DNA of 54,279 nucleotides from a virus (IMGVR_UViG_3300037466_003757:118680-172958); one strand, 5' to 3'; numbered from the stretch's first letter, positions 8,547-21,574 are shown. The notes: a model not told the origin generated them from the sequence alone. Translations and numbers: made by a program.

Positions 8547-9322
8547 CTCGATTGATCAACGTCATCTGCGTACCTGGTACGTTCGAGCGTACCGGTGGAT
8601 CCGTTGTCACGGGAATGCTCGCAAACGTCGTACCGCATCTCGACGAGCGATTTCTTCCGATGCAGGCCGATTATCCGGCAGCGTACGGAATTCCGATGGG
8701 CGAAGCAGCGAGTATTCAGACCGGCGTGACGAACGTGCTTACCATGATCAGAAATGCACCGAATCCAGTCGTTCTCATCGGATACTCACAAGGCGCGCAA
8801 GTCGTTCGTATGATTCTCTCCGAACTGGCAGCCGGACTGCATCCCGACCTCCAAGTCATCGGCGCCGCATTGATAGCAGATCCATGGCGAGAACCCGGAG
8901 TTGCGAACGGAACACCAGATTTACGGACCAGATTGAACGGTTGGGGAATTGCTGGATCGGGTGGTGACGTTCCAGAAAATATCTGGTTCTGCGAGATTGC
9001 GTATCCGGGAGATATGATTCCGAACGCGGACGGCGATAATCTCGTCCGTATTTTCGCAGACTGGACCGCGTGGATGTCAGTCAGTGACATGATCGGATGG
9101 GGCAACGACATCCTGAACAAGATCCGTTCGAATCGGTTCCAACGGGTAGTAGTCAACTGGCGGAATCCGTTCTCCGCGATTCAGCAAATTCGTCGCTCCG
9201 AGGAAACCGTCAGAGGATACCTGACCGGTACGCACACATGTTACGGTGTGGCACTCGTACCGGGTACGAACATCACATACTGCCAGTATCTGGCCGAACA
9301 AATGAACGCAAACGTGTTCTAA
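8543..9322 (+). CDS. lysB: Lysin B-like cutinase-family serine esterase
   Basis: VICVPGT, YPA, VVLIGYSQGA nucleophile elbow, ALIADPWR, GWGIAG, PGDMI. Confidence 0.8.
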   Translation: MTRLINVICVPGTFERTGGSVVTGMLANVVPHLDERFLPMQADYPAAYGIPMGEAASIQTGVTNVLTMIRNAPNPVVLIGYSQGAQVVRMILSELAAGLHPDLQVIGAALIADPWREPGVANGTPDLRTRLNGWGIAGSGGDVPENIWFCEIAYPGDMIPNADGDNLVRIFADWTAWMSVSDMIGWGNDILNKIRSNRFQRVVVNWRNPFSAIQQIRRSEETVRGYLTGTHTCYGVALVPGTNITYCQYLAEQMNANVF

Positions 9323-9351
9323 CTATCTCTCCCAGCGAGAGTGAGAAAAGA

Positions 9352-9960
9352 ATGACAGAGACAAAGACAAAGACAACCGTACACGTGACAAACAAACGCC
9401 GCGATCGCAAAAAGGTCGAACGCTGCAGTTGGACGAAGACCAGCGTGCTGGCAGAATACACGGCAAATCCGACATCGGTCTATGCTGCACGATTCAACGG
9501 AACCGACGAACAGCTCAACGCACTCGACAAGGTTGGCGTCCCGTTCGATGCCAGATGGTTCGTCTGGTGCGCCGTATTGAACCGTCACGTTCCTCTTCGT
9601 AAAGGCGCGTGGGTCGTCAAGGACGTCGAAGGATGGCAGGTGATGAGCGATGCGAAGTTCACCACACTGTACTCTAGAACCGTTGTCGACGGACCGCAGA
9701 CCGATATCGCGGTCAAGCTTCCGCGGCCCAATACGAACGCCGGTGCGGTGCCGAACGAAGTTCGATTCACGAGCAACGACTTCGAGATCGCCGTTGTAAA
9801 CGGTCGTGTCTATGCCGGATCACTCGATTCGAAAGACTGGGAAACGCAATTCGACGGCAAGACGATGGAAGACTACGCGCTCGCATTGCTTGCCGCGAGT
9901 CACTACGCCCAGGGCAAACTCGCGTACAAGGCTGACATGACGGACGGGAGCAATAAGTGA
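9352..9960 (+). CDS. Hypothetical protein
   Basis: ATG at 9352 after GTGAGAAAAG; coupled to the next gene by overlap. Confidence 0.65.
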   Translation: MTETKTKTTVHVTNKRRDRKKVERCSWTKTSVLAEYTANPTSVYAARFNGTDEQLNALDKVGVPFDARWFVWCAVLNRHVPLRKGAWVVKDVEGWQVMSDAKFTTLYSRTVVDGPQTDIAVKLPRPNTNAGAVPNEVRFTSNDFEIAVVNGRVYAGSLDSKDWETQFDGKTMEDYALALLAASHYAQGKLAYKADMTDGSNK

Positions 9961-10547
9961 CGGACGATCGCCCATCATGGGACGAAGTCTGGTTGACAAC
10001 TGCATCGACGGTCGGTCGTCGGTCACGTTGTGTGCGCGGTAACGTCGGATGCGTTCTCGTATCACCCGACAATCGCGCACTCAGCGTTACGTACGTCGGT
10101 CCTCCAAAAAATTACGAGCCGTCAGACAACGACAACGCGTGCGACAAATGGTGTCCACGTGGAGCTGGTAAGAGCGCTCCCGGCGCTGCTTACGACGAAT
10201 GCAATAGCATTCACGCCGAGGCTAACGGAATTGCGCGAGTCAACAGTAGCGAACTCATCGGTGGAACGGCGTATGTGAGCAGTGTCTGTTGTTTCAATTG
10301 CGCCAAACTTCTCGCAGCGGGTCAAGTGAAACGTGTTGTGACATTTTTACGTGAAAATGAAATACACCGTAAGCCGTCGAACGCAGTTGCGTATTTACTC
10401 GACTCGGGAATTGAAGTCGAATTATGGTTCGATGACGGAATAAATCAGTCTTCATACGATATCTATCGCAACGAAGATGCGCTTCACGCGTGCGTTGATC
10501 TCGAACATTACGCAAAATACGGAGCTGGAGTTACACGTCGTCCCTAG
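9957..10547 (+). CDS. dCMP deaminase family protein
   Basis: RPSWDE, SRCVRGNVGCVLV, HAEAN and CCFNCAK zinc ligands. Confidence 0.85.
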   Translation: MTDDRPSWDEVWLTTASTVGRRSRCVRGNVGCVLVSPDNRALSVTYVGPPKNYEPSDNDNACDKWCPRGAGKSAPGAAYDECNSIHAEANGIARVNSSELIGGTAYVSSVCCFNCAKLLAAGQVKRVVTFLRENEIHRKPSNAVAYLLDSGIEVELWFDDGINQSSYDIYRNEDALHACVDLEHYAKYGAGVTRRP

Positions 10548-10576
10548 TTTATTCAGTTGCCAACTCGTGGTAAAAT
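10548..10576 (+). promoter_or_regulatory. Promoter TTTATT-17-TAAAAT with TG extension
   Basis: -35 at 10548-10553, TG-G-TAAAAT ending at 10576. Confidence 0.5.
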
Positions 10577-10611
10577 AGGTTTTAGCAAGCACCACGTCCG
10601 GGGAGAAGCAG

Positions 10612-11244
10612 ATGATCTGCGCAGATACCGTCGGACAAATTGTAGGGGCGGTGAACGTTATTCTTTTTGCACTTTCGCTTGGTTTTGGACGCTTTCGACT
10701 GGCCGTGGACGCACGCACGACGCCGGAAACAGAATATGTCGAAGAATCAAACGAAGACGATGAGCTCATTGTCGAAGAAGACGATGTCGAAGAAAATGAT
10801 GAATCCGCCCCTTCAATTCGACGTCATGATGTTGTCGAATTCGAAGGCGAACAACTCGATATTGTCGTCGCACCGTTGATCGCTGATATTGTTCGAGCAA
10901 CGAGTTTCGAAATATCGGATATTTTTACGAAAATTCCCGAAGATGACCCGAACTCGATCTTATTTCATGTTCCAGACTCGTCTTCTGGCAGTTCTTTACT
11001 TGAGCTCTTTACACGTGCCATGCCGTATGTCGGCGAATGTCTGATCGACGGTGAAGTTGAATGTCCATCTGAGAACTGGAATATTGAAACGTACACGATT
11101 CAAGAACCGTGCGATACATGTAGCGAAAATCACGTTATGATCACGATCGCGCTTCGCGTTCCGTTGAAAGTTCTTCCAGAACTGACGAGACGTGTACACA
11201 CGTTCCTGTATCCGCACGGACGAAGCGATGTTGTAGACGTATAA
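10612..11244 (+). CDS. Hypothetical acidic protein with hydrophobic N-terminus
   Basis: 210-aa ORF with an E/D-rich segment and a CxxC. Confidence 0.6.
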   Translation: MICADTVGQIVGAVNVILFALSLGFGRFRLAVDARTTPETEYVEESNEDDELIVEEDDVEENDESAPSIRRHDVVEFEGEQLDIVVAPLIADIVRATSFEISDIFTKIPEDDPNSILFHVPDSSSGSSLLELFTRAMPYVGECLIDGEVECPSENWNIETYTIQEPCDTCSENHVMITIALRVPLKVLPELTRRVHTFLYPHGRSDVVDV

Positions 11245-11303
11245 AGCTCGCGAAAGCTTTAATTTCGCACGACGACTTGACGAGATACCGAAAGTGAGCT
11301 CAC

Positions 11304-12000
11304 GTGGTCGACCGCTTCGATGATGAAGTTCCGCTTCAAAGAACTTTGAGCATATACGCTTTACATATCGGAGATTATCGATATCGCTACGTGGGCTTAA
11401 CGAGTATAGACGTTCAAGTTCGGCTAAGACAACACGTCCGTAACGCAGACGTCGGAGTTCGGACGCCAATTTATGACTGGATGCGTCATCATGGTGCGTG
11501 GAAAGTACGTGTTGAAACGCTTGAAGTTTGCGATTCGCTTGATGATCTCGATTTGGCAGAGAAAAAGTGGATTGCGATTATCAGAAACCGTGATAATAGT
11601 CTGCTAAACGTTCTTGATGGTGGATATGGCAATTTCGGCTATCGATTCACTCAAGAGCAACGTATGGCGTTGAGCGTAACGATGAAAACGGTCAATGAGA
11701 CGTTGATCAGAAAGCCGTTATCAACGGAATCACGTCGTAAAATGAGCGAATCTGCCAAAAATCGCGAACAAAACGCGTATAGCTCTGAAGCCAAGCAGAA
11801 CATGGCGATTGCGCAACGTAAGCGGTATCAATCAAAACCGATGTCTGACGAGACCAAAGAAAAAATTCGTCAAGCCAATCTCGGTAAGAAAATGGACGAA
11901 GCGACGAAAAATAAAATTCGGATCGCGAATAAGGGGCAGAAGCGAACTGAAGCGCAACGTGAAACTATGAAACGTGCGCAAGCGGCGCGAAAGGCCGTCA

Positions 12001-12008
<8 letters not shown>
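11304..12008 (+). CDS. GIY-YIG homing endonuclease with NUMOD3-like repeats
   Basis: IYAL...YVGLT, RLRQH, AEKKWI, LLNV..GG; C-terminal S.ETK.KI repeats; AT-rich; overlaps the DNA polymerase start. Confidence 0.85.
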
Positions 12009-14806
<2,798 letters not shown>

Positions 14807-14807
14807 A

Positions 14808-15443
14808 ATGAAAACTTATGCTAATGCCGCCACTGTGTATGGATTGTATAGTCACGATGAACTTCGATACGTCGGTGCGACAACGATGTCGTTAAATCAA
14901 CGATTACGTCATCATTGGAATCGTTCAAAACTTAAAAACACGCCACTATATACGTGGTTGAAAACAGAAAAACGTAACGATATTGAAATTCGACCATTGG
15001 TCATTGTCGAATATTCGCAACGTTACGAATACGAACGAAACGTCATATCTGCGATGTTTGCTGCGGGTCATCCACTCGTTAATATATGGCATACACCACG
15101 CGATGCCGACATTCGCGAACGACTTGGTGGAGTAATGCGCGGAAAAAAAATGCCTGAACAAACGCGTCAAGCGATTATTAAGCATAATAGAGGACGTCAG
15201 AAGTCCCCAGAACATGCAGCAAAAATATCAGCAGCTCGACGAACTCCGAAATTACGAGCATTATCATCGTCACAAGCACGACGAATGAGTCACACTAGAT
15301 ATCATTCTGATCGATTCGTAAATCACGCATGTGAATGGTGCGCGTACGAACGCACGACTCTTGAGATGAGTTATGCATTATGGAATCGTGTATGGCTCGA
15401 TGCTGAAAAGCTTTGGAAGACAGCAAATCGAAAGTGTAAATAA
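14808..15443 (+). CDS. GIY-YIG homing endonuclease
   Basis: VYGLY...YVGAT, RLRHH, YERNVI, LVN; NUMOD3-like KSPEHAAKIS; AT-rich. Confidence 0.85.
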   Translation: MKTYANAATVYGLYSHDELRYVGATTMSLNQRLRHHWNRSKLKNTPLYTWLKTEKRNDIEIRPLVIVEYSQRYEYERNVISAMFAAGHPLVNIWHTPRDADIRERLGGVMRGKKMPEQTRQAIIKHNRGRQKSPEHAAKISAARRTPKLRALSSSQARRMSHTRYHSDRFVNHACEWCAYERTTLEMSYALWNRVWLDAEKLWKTANRKCK

Positions 15444-15874
15444 TGCAAGACGAGTGCTTTTGCGGCGAATGTGGACCGTGCCGTCGAGCATTGAGAGCTA
15501 TCGATCGTGAATTGATCGGCTGGAAACCGATCCTCGAGTTGCCCGTCGAGAAACGAAAAGTAGCGCAGAAACAAACGACTGAACGCAATACGAAGCGTGA
15601 CGCGAAAGCTACTGCGCCGGTTACGCCGAAGAAAGAATCACGTCCGAAACTGACGCCAGTCGAATCGAATCGTCAACGACGGCAGATTCTTCGCGAACAA
15701 CGCATTATGATCGACGGTTATTGGTTCCATCCGAAACCAGATCTCATTCACGGTACGAGTAATGCACGAAAAAGATACGGTTGCGCGTGTCCTGAGTGCC
15801 GTGCTTTCGGTCGAGAGAATTACCATAAATATGGACCGAAGTCACGAAAGCAGAATGCAGTGGCTGATCAGTAG
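15443..15874 (+). CDS. Hypothetical zinc-binding protein
   Basis: CFCGECGPC and HGT...YGCACPEC motifs. Confidence 0.65.
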   Translation: MQDECFCGECGPCRRALRAIDRELIGWKPILELPVEKRKVAQKQTTERNTKRDAKATAPVTPKKESRPKLTPVESNRQRRQILREQRIMIDGYWFHPKPDLIHGTSNARKRYGCACPECRAFGRENYHKYGPKSRKQNAVADQ

Positions 15875-15881
15875 GAGTTAA

Positions 15882-16484
15882 ATGAGTACGGAAGCGAAAC
15901 CGGTCGCCACGATTCTTGCGATCGATCCGGGGGAGCATATCGGATGGAGTCTTGCTTCCGTATTCAGAGTTCCGAAAGACTACGAGTCCGGTTCGGAGAC
16001 CGGTATCTTCACGGAAGCTGGAATCAAGGGCTGGGCAATCGCTCCCAGAGGTATCGGAACTCACACCGTTTATCTCCGCGACGCCATCGAATGGCTGAAC
16101 GGGATCCTAGGCGCAGCTGAAGATCTTCACAGAAGCAGTGGACTTGTCGACGGCAGTCCGCTTTTCTGCATGGTCGAACACTTTACGTTCACGCAGAAGA
16201 GTACGCTCGGTGGAAGTCGCGCCGCGGTCGAAATCACCGGCGCCATCAAGGCGCTGATCGGGATGAATCATCGTCTCGTACAAATCGATACCCGGCAAAC
16301 ACCGAGCGAAGCGAAGACAGTCTCACTCGATACTCTTCGCAATCTCCAGTTTTACTCGCGCGGAGACAAACAAGCCGACCACGCATTGATGGCCGCACGA
16401 CACACGGTACTCGCCGTTCGTCGTCTGCGTCTCGGCACGCTCTCACCCAACTACAGCGAAATGCGATTCGAATCGGTCGCGTAG
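15882..16484 (+). CDS. RuvC-like Holliday junction resolvase
   Basis: ILAIDPGEHIGWS, MVEHF, DHALMAARH; AGGAG RBS. Confidence 0.75.
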   Translation: MSTEAKPVATILAIDPGEHIGWSLASVFRVPKDYESGSETGIFTEAGIKGWAIAPRGIGTHTVYLRDAIEWLNGILGAAEDLHRSSGLVDGSPLFCMVEHFTFTQKSTLGGSRAAVEITGAIKALIGMNHRLVQIDTRQTPSEAKTVSLDTLRNLQFYSRGDKQADHALMAARHTVLAVRRLRLGTLSPNYSEMRFESVA

Positions 16485-16519
16485 CCAATAGGGCTTGCGA
16501 ATGACAAAGGAGTTCACGG

Positions 16520-16852
16520 GTGACCCACCATCGCCATGCTCAAGCATCAGACGCCGTTATTCGACGAATCGACAACGAGATCAAAAATGAGCAACGTCGG
16601 ACGACTCGTAGTCAACGTCGTAAACGAGCACGTGAACAGGCTGTCGTACAGAAATCTCAGAGTCGCGATCCGATGTACTGGGCGTGTCGTGCAGAAGCAC
16701 GCGTCAACGGACTTTTACAACAAGTCGTTCAAAATTTGGACGAATCGCATCCGTTGTCCCAAATTTTGCAAAAAGCATCAGACGAACTCAGTGATTTCGT
16801 GTACTATTCGGGTTCTGTACCCGAGTCTCCAGTCGAAGAAGTCGTTTCATAA
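16520..16852 (+). CDS. Hypothetical protein
   Basis: AAAGGAG RBS, 110 aa. Confidence 0.65.
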   Translation: MTHHRHAQASDAVIRRIDNEIKNEQRRTTRSQRRKRAREQAVVQKSQSRDPMYWACRAEARVNGLLQQVVQNLDESHPLSQILQKASDELSDFVYYSGSVPESPVEEVVS

Positions 16853-16954
16853 AATGCATTTACGATATTACGAAATGCAATAACGACTTAATTAAAGACG
16901 ATATTGGAAGCGTTTTCGATGCGCGAGTTTCCGTGTTTTCAAACGTATTATTGC

Positions 16955-16986
16955 GTATACGCGGGAAGTCATGATCGTGATAATAT
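16955..16986 (+). promoter_or_regulatory. GTATACGC box plus extended -10 (GTGATAATAT)
   Basis: Same box and spacing as at 20691-20722. Confidence 0.55.
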
Positions 16987-17016
16987 AGCTTCTAACGCCG
17001 TCGCATTCTGTCACGA

Positions 17017-19062
17017 GTGGACGTCGCCAATTCATATCGAATTCAACGCGTATCTAGCGGGGACGTAACATTTCGCGGCGTCTCCGTTTATGAACGACGG
17101 ACGGAGACGAAGACTTTGACAGTCGTAGCGCGAATTGATCCGGTAGATCCAGATCGTATTACGCTCGAATCTGAGTATCAAGACAACGATTTGATCAAAT
17201 CGTTGCTTTCGGTCAAATGGGTACCGGCTCGTCGAGTTTGGGTTACTCCGTTGACGTGGACAGCGTGTCTGAATCTCCGAGCTACATTCGGTGAAAATTT
17301 GGTGCTCGATCAAACAGTTCGTGATTGGGCTTCCCAACGTCGCACAATGTTTATCGATCCCGCAATGTCGTTGCGTGAAGCATTGACTGTGAACGATGAC
17401 GGAGTCGCTAGTACGTCTGCAATTACGACGGCAGCTGAAGTGGGAAAGGATATCGGTCTCTTCCCGCATCAGGTTGCTGGAGCAGCATTCATGGCAACAA
17501 CCGAATCGTGCGGTATCTTCGACGAGACCGGTACCGGTAAGAGTGCCCAGACAATCGCTGCACTTCGAACGATGCATCGTCTCGGTAAAGACGTGTTTCC
17601 GGTTCTCGTCGTCGCACCGGCAACAGTCAAGACATCATGGGAACGCGAGTTTAATCACTGGTGGCCGGGACTCACGGTTATCAAACTCGAAGGTGGCGTA
17701 GCGCAACGACGGAAACTGCTGCAATCGCCCGCACACGTAGTGATCGTGAACTGGGAACAACTTCATCGTCACTCTCGTCTCGCATCGTACGGAAATATGG
17801 CGCTTCGCCGGTGTATCGAATGTGGTGGTGAAGACGAGTCGATCACTCCGGCGAAATGCGATGTGCACGAGCGTGAACTCAATCAGATCACATTCCAGAC
17901 ACTCGTAGCCGACGAAGCTCAGCGTATTTGTGCGCCGAGAAATCAGCAGACTCGAGCGTTGTGGTGGATCGGCGACAGTACGAAATACCGATTCGCACTC
18001 TCCGGTACACCGGTTCAGGACAACGTGGACGATATATGGTCGATTCTTCGCTTCATCGATCCGAAAAGCTTTCCGGCAAAGGGCAAGTTCACGGATCGAT
18101 ACGCGGAATGGGGCTACAACAACTGGGGCATCCGCGTTTTGTTCGGACTGTCGCAGGGTAACGCCGAAGAATTCCACAAGATCATGGCGCCGCTTCATCG
18201 ACGGATGTTGAAGGACGTCGTACTGCCATTTCTTCCTCCGGTCGTTCACGAAACGCGAACGGTTCACATGACCGGAGCTCAGGCGAAAGCCTACAAGGAA
18301 ATGCTCAAGAATTCCGTCACAGAACTCGGCGACGAGTCTGTCACGATCACGTCTCCGCTCGTTCGGGCGACACGACTGCTCCAGTTCGCATCTTCGTATG
18401 CTGAAGTCGTAAAAGACGCTGAGCGCGATTCTGAGACGTCAAGCGATCCGTCCATATTTTCCCATTACACCGGCTATGAAAGTGTCTCTGGTGACGACTC
18501 AGACGTCGCAATTTCGGACACAGACGACGACTTCTCCGGATCGTATCACATTCGCCTCGCAATGCCATCGAACAAGATCAGTGCATTCATGGACGATTTG
18601 GCGGGCGGAGATTTCGGCGATTCGAGCATTGTCGTCGCGGCTCAGTCGCGTCAGCTGATCGAGTTGCTTGCGAACGAGTTGACGAAGAAGGATTACAAGT
18701 TCGGTATGATCACCGGCGGTCAATCCGTCGAGGAACGTCAGCAGTCCATCGATGACTTCCAGTCCGGCAAGACGAAACTGGTGCTACTGACGATCGCCGC
18801 CGGCGGTGTCGGTTTGACATTGACTGCAGCCGATACGCTCGTCGTTCTTCAGTCGTCGTGGTCGAGTACGCAGATGAAGCAGCTTTACGCTCGTGTGCAC
18901 CGAATCGGTTCGGAAAAGCACGAATCCGTCACCGTGATCACGTATCGTACCGAGAATACGATCGAAGACAAACAAGCGCAAGCGCTCGAAGGTAAGTACG
19001 AGCGAATCGAGGACATCTTGCGTGACCGCGAACTTTTGCGAAAATTCTTGACCGAAGACTGA
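17017..19062 (+). CDS. SNF2-family (SF2) helicase
   Basis: LFPHQ, DETGTGKS, LVADEAQ, ALSGTP, GGVGLTLTAAD, QLYARVHRIG. The true start may be the TTG near 17116. Confidence 0.9.
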   Translation: MDVANSYRIQRVSSGDVTFRGVSVYERRTETKTLTVVARIDPVDPDRITLESEYQDNDLIKSLLSVKWVPARRVWVTPLTWTACLNLRATFGENLVLDQTVRDWASQRRTMFIDPAMSLREALTVNDDGVASTSAITTAAEVGKDIGLFPHQVAGAAFMATTESCGIFDETGTGKSAQTIAALRTMHRLGKDVFPVLVVAPATVKTSWEREFNHWWPGLTVIKLEGGVAQRRKLLQSPAHVVIVNWEQLHRHSRLASYGNMALRRCIECGGEDESITPAKCDVHERELNQITFQTLVADEAQRICAPRNQQTRALWWIGDSTKYRFALSGTPVQDNVDDIWSILRFIDPKSFPAKGKFTDRYAEWGYNNWGIRVLFGLSQGNAEEFHKIMAPLHRRMLKDVVLPFLPPVVHETRTVHMTGAQAKAYKEMLKNSVTELGDESVTITSPLVRATRLLQFASSYAEVVKDAERDSETSSDPSIFSHYTGYESVSGDDSDVAISDTDDDFSGSYHIRLAMPSNKISAFMDDLAGGDFGDSSIVVAAQSRQLIELLANELTKKDYKFGMITGGQSVEERQQSIDDFQSGKTKLVLLTIAAGGVGLTLTAADTLVVLQSSWSSTQMKQLYARVHRIGSEKHESVTVITYRTENTIEDKQAQALEGKYERIEDILRDRELLRKFLTED

Positions 19063-19117
19063 CATCGACACGATATCCGTTCATATTCCCGCGTCGCTGG
19101 GACGCTGACATCGAGAG

Positions 19118-19597
19118 ATGCAAATGACATCGGAAAAGAAACGCACACCGCAGCGAGGCGAGTCGGTTGCAATCGGTTTTCGCGACGGTCCGATTCTGAA
19201 ACAAACAGAGGTCGACTTCGAAGAGATGTTCTGCAGGGACGACGGTGAACCGACCGCAGTTCTTGTCAGTTACGTCACGACGGACGAAAAACTTCACGAT
19301 AAACGAGTCAACGTTTTGTTCAACTGGAGAGATATCGTCTCGATCACGTGGGACGCTGAGTCGAATAAATCGGCGGATTCCAAATCCCATCGTGTTGGTA
19401 TGGCCAGCGAAAGTGATGCCGCGACGGGTACAGTGAAAGACGAGGACAAAGCTTCGACTATCGCGCGTCGTTTCATGGATGGCTTCATGACAGGCGTCGC
19501 GAAAGAATTATCGACTGAGGAGGGCGCTGAAGCTCTCAACAAACTTCGTGAATACGCTAAGCGTGTTGGTCAAGTCGGAAAAGGTGACGGCGAGTGA
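19118..19597 (+). CDS. Hypothetical protein
   Basis: 159-aa ORF coupled to the next gene by GTGA overlap. Confidence 0.65.
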   Translation: MQMTSEKKRTPQRGESVAIGFRDGPILKQTEVDFEEMFCRDDGEPTAVLVSYVTTDEKLHDKRVNVLFNWRDIVSITWDAESNKSADSKSHRVGMASESDAATGTVKDEDKASTIARRFMDGFMTGVAKELSTEEGAEALNKLREYAKRVGQVGKGDGE

Positions 19598-20589
19598 CTA
19601 TTCTCGGACTCGAGTCCATGCATCCGCGGACCGAAGACGGTGCGATCATTGTGTCGCAGAGCGATCTCGGTGCCTTCAAGACTGATCGGCGAACGTGGTT
19701 ACTCGGTACGTATCTCGGTCTCAAGTCACGCGAACCGCTGATTCTTGGACCTTTGCGTCTCGGAACACGCGTACATCACGCTCTCGAATATTACTACGGT
19801 TACAGTGAAGATCTTCTCGAAGCCTACAAAAAATTGGTAGACAGCGAGTATCAGGATCTGATCGAGTCACGTGTCGTGTTCGATGAACGCGCGTGGCAGA
19901 AAGAAATCGAACTCGGTCGTGTCATGCTCGAGGGATACAGCGAATATCTCGAAGAAACCGGCGCGGACGAGTATCTCGAGATTCTCGGCGCTGAGAAGGT
20001 ACTGTCTCACACGTTCGATATCGAGGGAACACCAGTCGTTCTGCGCGGTAAGGTCGACTGTCGAGCTCGCAACACGTTCACGAACATGAACTTGGTGATC
20101 GACTTCAAGACCACCGCATCGTTCGAACGTCTGATTCCGCTGGCGCCGCACAGCGAGCAGCTGTTGACGTACTGCGTACTCGAAAAGCTTCACGCCAAAG
20201 AGACCGGCGACACCGAGCACATGCTGCAAGGTGCGATGTTCATCATGTTGCGAAAGGTCTTGCGCGGCACGAACTCTCGCCCACCGTACTATCAGCGGAT
20301 CGAAGTTCATCATTCGGAGAAACGGCTGCGATCGTTCTATACGCAGCTGTACGGAACGCTTCGTGATTATCTCGCTGTCGTGAAAGCGCTGGATGCGGGA
20401 GTCGATCACCGAATCGTCGCGTATCCGAATCCAGGATGGCATACCAGATGGTCGCCGTTCAAGCACGTCATGGAAATGATGGATGATGGTTCGCGTGTCG
20501 AAGACATGATCGCCGATTTGTATGTGCAATCGGATCCTCACGAACGATACCGGCAAGAAAAAACGGATCTTCTGTCGCAGTTCGAGTAA
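19594..20589 (+). CDS. Cas4/RecB-like PD-(D/E)XK exonuclease
   Basis: SQSDLGAFK, GTRVHHALE, GAEK, LRGKVD, VIDFKT, QLLTY. Confidence 0.8.
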   Translation: MTILGLESMHPRTEDGAIIVSQSDLGAFKTDRRTWLLGTYLGLKSREPLILGPLRLGTRVHHALEYYYGYSEDLLEAYKKLVDSEYQDLIESRVVFDERAWQKEIELGRVMLEGYSEYLEETGADEYLEILGAEKVLSHTFDIEGTPVVLRGKVDCRARNTFTNMNLVIDFKTTASFERLIPLAPHSEQLLTYCVLEKLHAKETGDTEHMLQGAMFIMLRKVLRGTNSRPPYYQRIEVHHSEKRLRSFYTQLYGTLRDYLAVVKALDAGVDHRIVAYPNPGWHTRWSPFKHVMEMMDDGSRVEDMIADLYVQSDPHERYRQEKTDLLSQFE

Positions 20590-20690
20590 TTAAAAAATGA
20601 CATTCGAATATTACGTAAGCCATTCTTGACTTTCGTATGTCGCGTTTAAAGAATGCGAACTACAAAACGTTGAAAAACATCATGCATTCG

Positions 20691-20722
20691 GTATACGCTT
20701 AACGAAAGAAACGTGATACGAT
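20691..20722 (+). promoter_or_regulatory. GTATACGC box plus extended -10 (GTGATACGAT)
   Basis: Upstream of the Sak4-like/SSB genes. Confidence 0.6.
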
Positions 20723-20805
20723 AAATCTCGCCGCGGAATTATGGTGGCGAATTCCCGAATTGTTGCTGCGGCAACACGATGAGTAAAGTGGGGTGATGCC
20801 AAATC

Positions 20806-21546
20806 ATGAACCGTGCAATTTCTATCCTCGTCCACGGTCATGCTTGAACGGCTAAAACCGGGAAAAGCACATTCGCTGCAACGTCACCAGGACCTCGACT
20901 TCTTCTCGACGTAGAAGCAGGTTCGCGATTCTTGAACGTCACTTCGACACCTTGGGATCCGAATACTCAAGCGCCACCGGCAGACGACGGTTCATGGGAC
21001 ACATGTATTGTTACGGTACGTCATTACGATGACGTTATTCGCGCTTATGAATGGCTGCGTTCGGGTAAGCATCCGTTCAATAGCGTAATTGTCGACTCCG
21101 TCTCGGAATTGCAGCAACGACTCGTCGAAAAAGTCACGAATCGTATGGCTGCACAACAGCAGGACTGGGGTGAAATTCTCCGGCAGTTCATGGGAATTAT
21201 GCGCGATTTTCGTGACCTGACAGAGAATCCGGTCAAACCGCTCACCGCAGTCGTTCTCGTTGCGATGTCGGTACCGGGACAGGACGGAAAATATCGTCCG
21301 TTCGCGCAGGGACAGTCGCGGATCATGCTTCCGTATCTGTTCGATATTCTCGCCGCGTCGAATGTATTGACGTGGGTGGACGACGCGGGAAATCAGCAGA
21401 CGCTGTATCGTTTGCTGTTCCAGAGTCCCCAGTATGAAACCGGCGAACGTGTTGGTGGACGTGTAGGTCAATTCATGGACAACGCCACCGTTCCAATGAT
21501 TCTGGATGCTGTATTCGGACCGCTTCCAGACGAAGTTACCGCGTAA
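20806..21546 (+). CDS. Sak4/AAA_24-like recombination ATPase with an in-frame TGA and 9-nt insert in Walker A (recoded gene or pseudogene)
   Basis: SD GGGGTGAT; ATG 20806 gives MNRAISILVHGHA*TAKTGKSTFAATSPGPRLLLDVEAG, in frame with ORF 20932-21546 (VIVDSVSELQ, MLPYLFDI). Confidence 0.8.
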
Positions 21547-21574
21547 CTGTTCAACAAGAAAGAGGATGTGACTA

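Noticed and set aside
19594-20589. Cas4-like gene as part of a CRISPR system
   Set aside because: No repeat-spacer array or other cas genes; it sits in a standard exonuclease-Sak4-SSB recombination module.
20845-20847. Genome-wide UGA reassignment as the explanation for the internal stop
   Set aside because: TGA terminates many clearly bounded genes here (e.g. 4729, 6747, 8546) and no other gene shows internal stops.
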